From IMG/VR virus record IMGVR_UViG_3300029319_000007: DNA of 64,000 nucleotides; one strand, 5' to 3'. The notes under the pieces were generated by a model that saw only the letters and a list, made by a program, of their open reading frames with translations, had not been told where the DNA came from and did no database searches. This stretch comes from a virus. Position 1 is the stretch's first letter; every line of letters starts with the position of its first letter. A program made the translations under genes and the position numbers. Shown here piece by piece: positions 47,457-55,205 of the stretch.

Positions 47457-49307
47457 CTACGAAGCATAACTTGATGTTGTTGTATAACCTATACCTGATG
47501 TAGTATCAAAAGTATCTGCGTTTACACTTACAGTTGTATTAGTTTCATCTATCGCTAATATTTGATTACGAACTGGAACTAAGTCAACTGAATTAGGTAT
47601 AGTTGTTAATCTTATGTCAGTTGATGTTGCACCATCTACATTTGAAACAGTTGTAATAAACAAAGAGTTTAGTGTGACTGTACCGTTTGTGTAATCAATA
47701 GTGCCTTGTGTATTGTTTGTATATGTTCTTGTTTGTCCTACAAGATAATACAATCTTACATTACCTGCACCATCATCATCTAAAAAATATTCATTAGTTG
47801 TATCACCATTTATTTTAAAACCTGATGAAACTAAAATACCACCTGCACTTGCATTGTGTGCTGAATGTGGGTTGTAAAATGCATTATTAAATTTAATTGT
47901 ATAAGTTGTTGCGCCAGTTGTTGTTGCAGTAAATGACTTATGCATTTTGACAGTTGTAATATTTGATAAGATTGAAGTATCTACTTTGTTTATTGTCTCA
48001 ATAAATTTTGAGTGTCTAAACACATTATCAAATTGTTGTAAGTTGTTATTATTAAAATTAGTTATAGCAGTAGATACTAGTGCCTTGATAGTATCAGCAG
48101 ATCGTGTTGTTGTTTTAGCGTCATACTTAACATTTACATTTAATTGAATAGATGTAGTTTCAGGATCTTGTATGATAGGTGTAATACTTGCCACATTGAA
48201 ATCTTTTAATTGTGTAATAATATCTGTTTTAGTTGCCTCAGTTAATGTTGCACCTGCAACAGGATTAATTGAAATATATACACGACCATAAACAGGCGTG
48301 TCATTATCTTCACCGCCCCATACAGAAACAGATTTTGCATTTGTATAAATTTGTTTTACTTTACTTTGATAATCTTTAGGTGTGACTGTTCTATTCTGAG
48401 AAGCATATTGTCGTGGTGCATTAAATCGAATACTATCAGGTGTTTCAGGTTGAGCACCGTTTGCTGAATTAGTTGCAGTAGTTATAGTGACATTAGAAAA
48501 ACCACCTATGTTGCCTGATAAACTAAATGAACTTGCACCATTACTTTCTTGTGCGTTTGTGACTATGTAAGATAGTGTCACAATATTACCAGTTGATAAA
48601 GCAGCACCGAGAACTCCGTCACCAAACTTAACTTCGTATTGTTGATCTTCAGCACCTTCTAGATAATAAACTTTTGATGATGATGTAATATCTGCTAGAT
48701 CAGTTGCAAGTGTGTATGTAGATGTTGTTGTATCACCTGAACTATTTTGTACAGTCACTAATAAAGTAGTTGTGTCTGCTAAATTATTTTTTATTAAGAA
48801 TCTTTGATCTGCGTCAGTAGTATCTACTGTGTATTTGTTTGAAATAAGTGTGCCTTCATAAACTTCTAAATTAGAAAAAGTATAAACACCATCAACTGGC
48901 GAAATTGTTGTTGCGTCTTTAACAATGTAGTTATAAGATACACCATCGACTGTAGTTGTAAAAGTTGTGCCACGAGCGGCGGTCAAAGTTGAACCGGTTG
49001 CATTGTTAACTACAACATTTAAATATGCAACAGGTGATGTTGCACTTCTTGGTGTATACCCAACATGTTTTGCATGTGATACAATACTGTTTCTTAAATC
49101 AGCACTATCTAAAAACATTTCGTTAGCAAGAACATTTGCATAGACAGCATTGTAATGTGTGTTATAGGCAAGTACATCTAATATAGTTGACATACCTGAA
49201 CCTTCAAAATCATAATCTGTAAATTGATCTTGTTGTCTTAGAAAAGTTTTTAAATTACTTTTGATTGTATCAAAATCTAACTCTGTGACATTAATTCTTT
49301 TTGGCAT
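47457..49307 (-). CDS. gp6: Baseplate wedge protein gp6
   Basis: LDFD.IK.NL..FL..Q..FTDYDFEGS, LAYNTHY, FGDGVLG, QNR.VT..DY. Confidence 0.96.
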   Translation of the reverse strand: MPKRINVTELDFDTIKSNLKTFLRQQDQFTDYDFEGSGMSTILDVLAYNTHYNAVYANVLANEMFLDSADLRNSIVSHAKHVGYTPRSATSPVAYLNVVVNNATGSTLTAARGTTFTTTVDGVSYNYIVKDATTISPVDGVYTFSNLEVYEGTLISNKYTVDTTDADQRFLIKNNLADTTTLLVTVQNSSGDTTTSTYTLATDLADITSSSKVYYLEGAEDQQYEVKFGDGVLGAALSTGNIVTLSYIVTNAQESNGASSFSLSGNIGGFSNVTITTATNSANGAQPETPDSIRFNAPRQYASQNRTVTPKDYQSKVKQIYTNAKSVSVWGGEDNDTPVYGRVYISINPVAGATLTEATKTDIITQLKDFNVASITPIIQDPETTSIQLNVNVKYDAKTTTRSADTIKALVSTAITNFNNNNLQQFDNVFRHSKFIETINKVDTSILSNITTVKMHKSFTATTTGATTYTIKFNNAFYNPHSAHNASAGGILVSSGFKINGDTTNEYFLDDDGAGNVRLYYLVGQTRTYTNNTQGTIDYTNGTVTLNSLFITTVSNVDGATSTDIRLTTIPNSVDLVPVRNQILAIDETNTTVSVNADTFDTTSGIGYTTTSSYAS

Positions 49308-49750
49308 TATCTACTTCTTTCTAACATTGTTTGTAAAGTTATTAATTCACCTGGTACATTGACAACATAAAAACTAATTGTGACTTCGTAAGAATTAACA
49401 TCAGGTTGTGCCGAAGCAATAACTGACACTAGTCTAGCACGAGGTTCAAAATTTTCTATACACTCTGCAATCGTTCTTTGTAAAACATTTGCAGTTATAG
49501 GATTCATAGGTTGAAAGAGCATTGCTCTTACACTAGAACCTATCTCAGGATGAAAAGGTCTTTCATAATGATTTGTAAGAATAAGATTTCTCACAGACTG
49601 TTTTACAGCGTCAACATCTTTCTTAACAATAACATCACCTGACGCATTATTCTTTTCAAATGACAATGATACATCTCTGTAAAGTCTAGATGATCTAGAA
49701 CTTGCATTTGTTCTTGAAGCGTCTGTATATCCTGATTGAAGTATTGCCAT
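49307..49750 (-). CDS. gp25: Baseplate wedge subunit gp25
   Basis: AVKQSVRNLILT...ERPF.P.IGS, FEPR. Confidence 0.94.
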   Translation of the reverse strand: MAILQSGYTDASRTNASSRSSRLYRDVSLSFEKNNASGDVIVKKDVDAVKQSVRNLILTNHYERPFHPEIGSSVRAMLFQPMNPITANVLQRTIAECIENFEPRARLVSVIASAQPDVNSYEVTISFYVVNVPGELITLQTMLERSR

Positions 49751-49756
49751 GTAAAC

Positions 49757-49764
49757 TATTTATA
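49757..49764 (-). promoter_or_regulatory. Late promoter TATAAATA, 6 nt from the gp25 ATG
   Basis: TATAAATA-GTTTAC-ATG. Confidence 0.75.
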
Positions 49765-49766
49765 TA

Positions 49767-50030
49767 CTAACCTGCAAAAACATTAGAAGAACCTGATATA
49801 GTGTGACCACATGAAGCGGCGTCACCTGATCTACAAACACCTTTACCATTTGCAAATACAGTAGATGACTTGCCTACCATGGGTGGCGTAGGTGAGTGAG
49901 GTGAAACACCATGAGAGGCGACTTTATCACCTACACGAACTACACCTGATCCGTTTGCGTTGACATTACCACTACCTTCTATCGCAACACCACCAGCGAT
50001 GTCAACACCGTTTCGTGAAACGCCAGGCAT
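49767..50030 (-). CDS. PAAR spike-tip protein (gp5.4-like)
   Basis: R.GD repeats, V.ANG, His/His/Cys metal ligands (SHG..PH, SCGH), GSSNVFAG. Confidence 0.9.
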   Translation of the reverse strand: MPGVSRNGVDIAGGVAIEGSGNVNANGSGVVRVGDKVASHGVSPHSPTPPMVGKSSTVFANGKGVCRSGDAASCGHTISGSSNVFAG

Positions 50031-50176
50031 TATCTACTGTTGCCTTGCCCAACACCTCTTTTGAATTGTCTTCGTTTGTGTTTGTTCTTTGGTTTTGTTC
50101 TAGAACTATCACCTATAGATGTGCGTTTCTTTACGCCTCTCTCATAGTTATTGTTTATATTAAGTCCCTTTGCCAT
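50030..50176 (-). CDS. Small basic protein, 48 aa (not in ORF track)
   Basis: MAKGLNINNNYERGVKKRTSIGDSSRTKPKNKHKRRQFKRGVGQGNSR; TAATG overlaps at both ends. Confidence 0.75.
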   Translation of the reverse strand: MAKGLNINNNYERGVKKRTSIGDSSRTKPKNKHKRRQFKRGVGQGNSR

Positions 50177-50271
50177 TATGCCTCATGTTCACAGTTTGCA
50201 CAACCGCATGAACCACAAGAACCACCATTACTACAATGACACCCATGTCCGCAGTTTTTACATGTACCCAT
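50176..50271 (-). CDS. Metallothionein-like peptide, 31 aa (not in ORF track)
   Basis: MGTCKNCGHGCHCSNGGSCGSCGCANCEHEA, 8 Cys and 3 His; AAGGA SD; TAATG coupling at both ends. Confidence 0.75.
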   Translation of the reverse strand: MGTCKNCGHGCHCSNGGSCGSCGCANCEHEA

Positions 50272-50402
50272 TACTTTCCTTTTTTCTTTGTAGTCTTCTT
50301 TTTCTTTTTGACTACCTTTTTCTTTGTTGTTTCTTTCTTCTTAGGTGGTAGTACATTCTCTGATTTACCCCAACCTGACCATAATTTACTAAAAAATCCC
50401 AT
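50271..50402 (-). CDS. Lys-rich peptide, 43 aa (not in ORF track)
   Basis: MGFFSKLWSGWGKSENVLPPKKKETTKKKVVKKKKKTTKKKGK; GGAG SD. Confidence 0.7.
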   Translation of the reverse strand: MGFFSKLWSGWGKSENVLPPKKKETTKKKVVKKKKKTTKKKGK

Positions 50403-50495
50403 AAAATCTCCGTTTCATGTGCGACATGCTGACGCACCATTTATTAAGTCATTGAAAAACAATACTTTTTTCTTATAAAAAAGTGTATTATATGC

Positions 50496-50524
50496 TTGAC
50501 TTTCTACTATTTATAGTGTACCGT
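50496..50524 (+). promoter_or_regulatory. Candidate sigma70-type early promoter overlapping a minus-strand late box (50508-50515)
   Basis: TTGACT-17 nt-TACCGT with TG before the -10; TATAAATA on the - strand inside the spacer. Confidence 0.55.
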
Positions 50525-50555
50525 AAGAGTATATTTAATTGAAAGGAACTATATT

Positions 50556-50831
50556 ATGAAACTTAAATTTAACAATCTACCTGAGATCCTAGAATGGATC
50601 AGAGATCCTCAACACAAAGAACATTTGTTCTTATTGCAAGCAGCGATTGCTGAAGCAAAAGGTTCTAAGTCCTCTAAGTCTCAATTTAATGTTGGCGATA
50701 AAGTAATCTTTGGTAGACCTAATGGTCGTAAACATCATGGTTTTATTGTCAAAAAGAATCCTGCGAAAGCAGTTGTCGATTGTGCCGGTTCTAAGTGGCG
50801 TGTACCTTACTCTCTAATGGAGGCAGCGTAA
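50556..50831 (+). CDS. Hypothetical protein with an SH3-like C-terminal barrel
   Basis: FNVGDKV.F......G.IVK.NP.KA.V.....WRVP; GAAAGGA SD. Confidence 0.6.
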   Translation: MKLKFNNLPEILEWIRDPQHKEHLFLLQAAIAEAKGSKSSKSQFNVGDKVIFGRPNGRKHHGFIVKKNPAKAVVDCAGSKWRVPYSLMEAA

Positions 50832-50926
50832 TGAAAAAACAAAAATTTAAATATGTCTTCAATCAACAATCTACTATTATTATTTTATTATTAATATTAG
50901 TATTACAAGGATTTGAGGTACTATAA
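50831..50926 (+). CDS. Small membrane peptide, 31 aa
   Basis: MKKQKFKYVFNQQSTIIILLLILVLQGFEVL; TAATG coupling at both ends. Confidence 0.55.
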   Translation: MKKQKFKYVFNQQSTIIILLLILVLQGFEVL

Positions 50927-51114
50927 TGAATGTACATATAGAATTTGCTGTCACCCCAACACCAGGACCTGTTTGGGGTGAACTTGATATGGTTCACATA
51001 TCAATACCAAAAAGAAAATTCAAAACTCTAAAAGATGTTTATGATAAGTGGTATAAGAAGACCGGTAATAAAGCAAAAAAAATTAAAATGATTAAGGAGA
51101 AAGTTATATTATGA
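50926..51114 (+). CDS. Hypothetical protein
   Basis: 62 aa, GAGG SD, coupled. Confidence 0.55.
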   Translation: MNVHIEFAVTPTPGPVWGELDMVHISIPKRKFKTLKDVYDKWYKKTGNKAKKIKMIKEKVIL

Positions 51115-51290
51115 CATACGAAGAAATGAATGATAAGATTACCAAATTACTTGTTCACGCTGAAGGCGAAATGAATAAGATAATTGAAGACTATAATGAA
51201 AACAATGAAGACGGTGATGAAGTTGATACCGTTGATCTATCAAGTAAGTTTTCACCATTACTAGATTATGTTGAAGACTACTCACAATAA
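51111..51290 (+). CDS. Small acidic protein, 59 aa
   Basis: MTYEEMNDK...DYVEDYSQ, 17 D/E; AAGGAG SD; ATGA overlap. Confidence 0.6.
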   Translation: MTYEEMNDKITKLLVHAEGEMNKIIEDYNENNEDGDEVDTVDLSSKFSPLLDYVEDYSQ

Positions 51291-51307
51291 TTAGAAAGGT
51301 ATATATT

Positions 51308-51538
51308 ATGATAATTAAAATTGGCGATAATGTTTCTGTTAATCAAAGAGGATCAATTCTTCCTAGAGAAGGAGTGATTACAGGTATATCTATTGGTCTT
51401 ACTAAATCTGATCCTGCAGGTGAGTTAGGTATCAATCTAAAAGAATATGATACTGAAATGAATTACCTAGGTTCTATTGATTACAAAACTGATAGTGGTG
51501 AAAACTATTGGGCATACTTCTCACAAATAGAATGTTAG
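51308..51538 (+). CDS. Hypothetical protein (SH3-like)
   Basis: IKIGD.V...REG.IT.I...WAY; GAAAGG SD. Confidence 0.6.
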   Translation: MIIKIGDNVSVNQRGSILPREGVITGISIGLTKSDPAGELGINLKEYDTEMNYLGSIDYKTDSGENYWAYFSQIEC

Positions 51539-51678
51539 AAAAAATTTTAAAGTGTAAAATTAAATATGATAAACTTGCATTGAGAGAACCTCGTACAGGA
51601 CAGCAAGTTTATGACCGTATCGTTTGGGAAAGATTAAGATCAATCCTGATTAAACGATACGGTCGATTAGATGATTAA
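51532..51678 (+). CDS. Hypothetical protein, 48 aa
   Basis: MLEKILKCKIKYDKLALREPRTGQQVYDRIVWERLRSILIKRYGRLDD. Confidence 0.5.
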   Translation: MLEKILKCKIKYDKLALREPRTGQQVYDRIVWERLRSILIKRYGRLDD

Positions 51679-51878
51679 CCTCTTACTTCTTCTGAAGTAG
51701 TAGGCACTTCAATGTCGCCAACATCTCCTGTTGGCATTTCAATTGTGATTTTTGGTACAGGCACCTCGTCAATGACTTGTAGTGTCTGTTCACCGTAATA
51801 ATGTCCTAACCAAAAAGCACCTATTACGATTAAAACATAAAGTAATCGTTTGAAGCGGTTCTTAGTTATATCTCTCAT
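51675..51878 (-). CDS. Small single-TM membrane protein
   Basis: Basic N-terminus, hydrophobic LLYVLIVIGAFWLG. Confidence 0.55.
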   Translation of the reverse strand: MRDITKNRFKRLLYVLIVIGAFWLGHYYGEQTLQVIDEVPVPKITIEMPTGDVGDIEVPTTSEEVRG

Positions 51879-51881
51879 GTT

Positions 51882-52040
51882 CTATGCCTTCCATCTTTTC
51901 CAAAGATTAGCACCTACCCAAGCGATTAAACCCCACTTGACTAATGCCATTGGTGCAAGAATACCTGTAAACAGGCAGATGATTAACAGAATAAGTCCGT
52001 AATCTTTCCATGCGTCAATATTTTTTAACCATTTATCCAT
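51882..52040 (-). CDS. Small two-TM membrane protein, 52 aa
   Basis: MDKWLKNIDAWKDYGLILLIICLFTGILAPMALVKWGLIAWVGANLWKRWKA; AAGGAG SD. Confidence 0.6.
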   Translation of the reverse strand: MDKWLKNIDAWKDYGLILLIICLFTGILAPMALVKWGLIAWVGANLWKRWKA

Positions 52041-52069
52041 AAGAATTTCTCCTTTTGTTATATGTTTAT

Positions 52070-52936
52070 TTAGAATGTTAATTTAGTTCCTACTGAGTAG
52101 TGATCTAAATCTGTACCAGTATTCACATCATCATGCTGATATTCAGCATAGACGCTTAAGTTATCTGATACACCGTGAGATAGACCCACAGTATAATACA
52201 CTCCAGTTCCTTCTTTATCTCCGTAACCTACGGTGACATCTTTCCAACCTACTGTTGCTTCCATACCTGAAAGGTCTGTAGCAGCATCTTTGATTGTGTA
52301 AGTTGAAGCGATAGTTAAATCACCGAGATTTGTGGATGCACCTGCACCCCAATAAGAGATATCGTTTACAACATCATCAGCGTATCCAACAGCGACATCA
52401 ATGCCTTGTAAAGAATGAGAGTAAGAAACTTCCCATTCGTCCATGCCATCTTCGCCAGTTGAACCGTCAACGATAGTCATTGCTTCTAGTCCACCCAAAG
52501 CAAACTTTGCAGTATTACTTGAACGGTCTGCATACTTCCATATGGCATTACTACCATAGACTTCAAAGTTAGCAGTCTTGTTTACATTACCAAATGGGTG
52601 AGATTGTCTACCTACAGATAATGCCGCACCGCCAGAATTTTCTAAACCGACATATGCAAGACGACTATCAAAGGTATTCGAACCACCATCATCAACATCA
52701 AGACCAACTTCTAACTTTGCAAAACCAGTAATCGTATCTCCTTCAACGCCTAAGTCTATAAACTCTACGCCTACTTTTGATCCGTTATTTTCTAGTTTAC
52801 TATATGCTGTGCCAGAAGAATTTTGATCATGTGATAATTTATAATTGAAAGTACCATACGGTATGATCTCAGTTGCCATTGCACCATAAGTGAAAAACAG
52901 CATACCAATTGCCGTAAGGGTAATTAATCTTAACAT
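52070..52936 (-). CDS. Gram-negative outer-membrane porin
   Basis: Signal peptide, SKVG, KLE.G.D, SRLAYVGL...GRQ..P, C-terminal YSVGTKLTF (BamA-type signal). Confidence 0.88.
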   Translation of the reverse strand: MLRLITLTAIGMLFFTYGAMATEIIPYGTFNYKLSHDQNSSGTAYSKLENNGSKVGVEFIDLGVEGDTITGFAKLEVGLDVDDGGSNTFDSRLAYVGLENSGGAALSVGRQSHPFGNVNKTANFEVYGSNAIWKYADRSSNTAKFALGGLEAMTIVDGSTGEDGMDEWEVSYSHSLQGIDVAVGYADDVVNDISYWGAGASTNLGDLTIASTYTIKDAATDLSGMEATVGWKDVTVGYGDKEGTGVYYTVGLSHGVSDNLSVYAEYQHDDVNTGTDLDHYSVGTKLTF

Positions 52937-53028
52937 GTATTCTCCTTTGTAAAATATGATTATAAATCTATAATCGAACCCAGGACGGGTTTTAATGTAT
53001 TCCTCGAACTTTATTCATATCATATTAT

Positions 53029-53412
53029 TTAGTCAATTCGAAACCATTGGTCGTTCACAATCGTATCTATTTCTTTTCGACCTTCTTCGCTGATCCAGTC
53101 AGAAACAATATAGGCACTAATATGTGTATAACCTTGGCGTTTCGCCCATATGATACGCCGACCCCCACAATGATATTTTCGCAATACACCATTATTTTTT
53201 AGATCACGAACTATCACAGGATTTAACAGACCTTTCTCCGATAAATCCGAAAATAATTCTTTATACGGTATATCGTATTCGTCTGCATACTCTGTCCACT
53301 CATTCACAGGTACATTGTCCCACTTGTATGTCAATGTTGATAAATCTGCAATGATATGCTTATGAGGGAAGTTTACATTTTTCGCTGTGAGAATATTTTT
53401 GCCAGTAGTCAT
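53029..53412 (-). CDS. ParB/Srx-like domain protein
   Basis: L...L...GLLNPVIV....GGRR.IWAK..GYTHI.AY. Confidence 0.7.
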   Translation of the reverse strand: MTTGKNILTAKNVNFPHKHIIADLSTLTYKWDNVPVNEWTEYADEYDIPYKELFSDLSEKGLLNPVIVRDLKNNGVLRKYHCGGRRIIWAKRQGYTHISAYIVSDWISEEGRKEIDTIVNDQWFRID

Positions 53413-53740
53413 TTGAATTTGTATAAAGAAAAACTTTTTCCCAAGACGCTTGATCTACGATATGATAACAATCGATATGAGTATACCCTCTTTGTTTGGC
53501 ATACCATACTCTTTGATGACCGACAGATACTTCATAACCATTATACGATACAATGATAGGATGTTGCATGCCGTGTTGATCGAGTTCTTTCATCAAACAC
53601 TCTAAACGAAAGTGTGCTTCTTTGTCCCGATTGATTCTTCGATAGTCTATGAAGTTGCCGAGTTCTCTGATACTATAGACTTTGTGATATTCGGGAAACT
53701 CTATGTGTTTTGCGGTAAGGATTTTTTGAAAGGTTGGCAT
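53360..53740 (-). CDS. ParB/Srx-like domain protein (paralog)
   Basis: GMQHPIIV....VGHQRVWYAKQRGYTHIDCY. Confidence 0.72.
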   Translation of the reverse strand: MPTFQKILTAKHIEFPEYHKVYSIRELGNFIDYRRINRDKEAHFRLECLMKELDQHGMQHPIIVSYNGYEVSVGHQRVWYAKQRGYTHIDCYHIVDQASWEKVFLYTNSNDYWQKYSHSEKCKLPS

Positions 53741-53756
53741 ATGTATATATAGTTTT

Positions 53757-53933
53757 ATGAATTTAGAGCGATTCCCTACAGCAGAAGAAAGATATCCAAG
53801 ACGAGGCGAACCATTACCAGAGAAAACAAAAGAAGAACATCTATGGTGCGGTACACCCGAATGTTGTCAATCATGTGATACAGCAGAACCTGTACAACTA
53901 GAATTAAACTTCGAAAAAGATACTAACGAATAG
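53757..53933 (+). CDS. Small Cys-cluster protein, 58 aa (not in ORF track)
   Basis: MNLERFPTAEERYP...HLWCGTPECCQSCDT..VQLELNF; preceded by TATATATA-GTTTT-ATG. Confidence 0.6.
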   Translation: MNLERFPTAEERYPRRGEPLPEKTKEEHLWCGTPECCQSCDTAEPVQLELNFEKDTNE

Positions 53934-53936
53934 TTC

Positions 53937-54099
53937 ACCAGTTTCCCCCTAGACACAATCACAGATCGTATTGATCAACGCCATCAAAAAGATATAACCT
54001 AGATAACCACCTAATAGAGTAATTATTATCCAATCAAATATTCTCATAAGTGTCTATTGCATTTATAGTTTAGAAAAGTTTACCAGTTTCCCCCTAGAC
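53937..54099. repeat. 18-bp direct repeat ACCAGTTTCCCCCTAGAC at 53937-53954 and 54082-54099
   Basis: Exact duplicate, extends to 23 nt with one mismatch; encloses a 32-aa ORF. Confidence 0.85.
53949..54047 (-). CDS. Small membrane peptide, 32 aa, inside the direct repeats
   Basis: MRIFDWIIITLLGGYLGYIFLMALINTICDCV; stop codon lies within the repeat. Confidence 0.5.
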   Translation of the reverse strand: MRIFDWIIITLLGGYLGYIFLMALINTICDCV

Positions 54100-55205
54100 T
54101 AGTTTAGGTTGATAGGGGTACCATTAATATCATTCTCACCCGAACTATCTAATAACATTTTATCACCACTAGAGATCGTCACCTTATTCGAAGCGTCAAC
54201 CCTAAAGTTATCACAAGATATATTCACATCATCATTACTTAATAGATTCACATTACCGTTTACATTCATATTCAAGGCACCATCACGAACCATTATATTC
54301 AGATTAGAATTAGAACCTACCTCGATATCAAAATGATTATTCGAACCATCTAGTTTATTTACTTTGAGTTTCAAAGACTTATCAATCGTTTCAATCACAT
54401 CACCTTCAACGAGAGAAGACTTATCAGACGAAACAACCTCAAACATCTTCGATACAATATGAGAAACATAGGTACCATCATTAGAATATTCTTGATAAGA
54501 TCCTGACGCATGACTTAACAATATACGATTATAACTGCTCGTATCGTCAAACTCAAACAAGTGCCCGCTCTCAGTATTGTAAACATGGTTCTTCGGGTAG
54601 GTAGGTTTATAAGTGCCTATCTTTGTAGCGTCATTCGCCGTATCATCTACAACAAGTGGTTCACTAAACTCTGTCGCATTACTGCCTCTTACTGTTAATG
54701 TGCCTAAGACTGTAGGTATTGTAAACTCATCAAAGTCTGCTGAAGGTATACTGGTCTTTCGTATAGTGTCACGATTGACTGCATTACTGCTCGTAAGACT
54801 GCCTCTGGCGTTCTCATGTATATCACTGCTGTTTGCCGCCTTAGGGTATACAGACTGCTTGTATTCGTCCTTCGTGTCATCTGTGCTTCTACGATTAGGA
54901 TCATTAAACCCTGTATCAGGATCGCCTAGTGATTCGGGTATACCTGGTAACCCGCCAAGTATAAACGGTTCTTGACGATCTGTGTCAAAAAAACCTACGA
55001 GCACCCAAGTGCCTTCTACAAAGAAAGACGGCGTAGTGCCTAATCCACTATTACTGCCATCATGTGTTATAACTGTTGCCCAAGGCAAATCATTTGTAGG
55101 TAGAGATACTTTGTCCTCTGTGTGTAGACCTAGTACACGAACTTTCAGACGACCCAACTGTTTAGGATCTGATCTGCTCTCTACAACTCCGTAATAAGTT
55201 TTCAT
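54099..55205 (-). CDS. gp5: Baseplate hub/central spike gp5 (OB fold and beta helix, no lysozyme)
   Basis: GVVE.R.DP..LGRLKVRVLG.H, LPWA, YPKNHV..TESGH.FEFDDT, C-terminal INLN. Confidence 0.92.
   Translation of the reverse strand: MKTYYGVVESRSDPKQLGRLKVRVLGLHTEDKVSLPTNDLPWATVITHDGSNSGLGTTPSFFVEGTWVLVGFFDTDRQEPFILGGLPGIPESLGDPDTGFNDPNRRSTDDTKDEYKQSVYPKAANSSDIHENARGSLTSSNAVNRDTIRKTSIPSADFDEFTIPTVLGTLTVRGSNATEFSEPLVVDDTANDATKIGTYKPTYPKNHVYNTESGHLFEFDDTSSYNRILLSHASGSYQEYSNDGTYVSHIVSKMFEVVSSDKSSLVEGDVIETIDKSLKLKVNKLDGSNNHFDIEVGSNSNLNIMVRDGALNMNVNGNVNLLSNDDVNISCDNFRVDASNKVTISSGDKMLLDSSGENDINGTPINLN

Noticed and set aside
50015-50478. Three + strand ORFs in the track
   Set aside because: They lie antisense to the coupled minus-strand micro-operon, which has SD sites and TAATG overlaps
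54099-55205. gp5 lacking a lysozyme domain as a novelty or pseudogene
   Set aside because: ORF is intact, and lysozyme-less gp5 is common in marine T4-like phages
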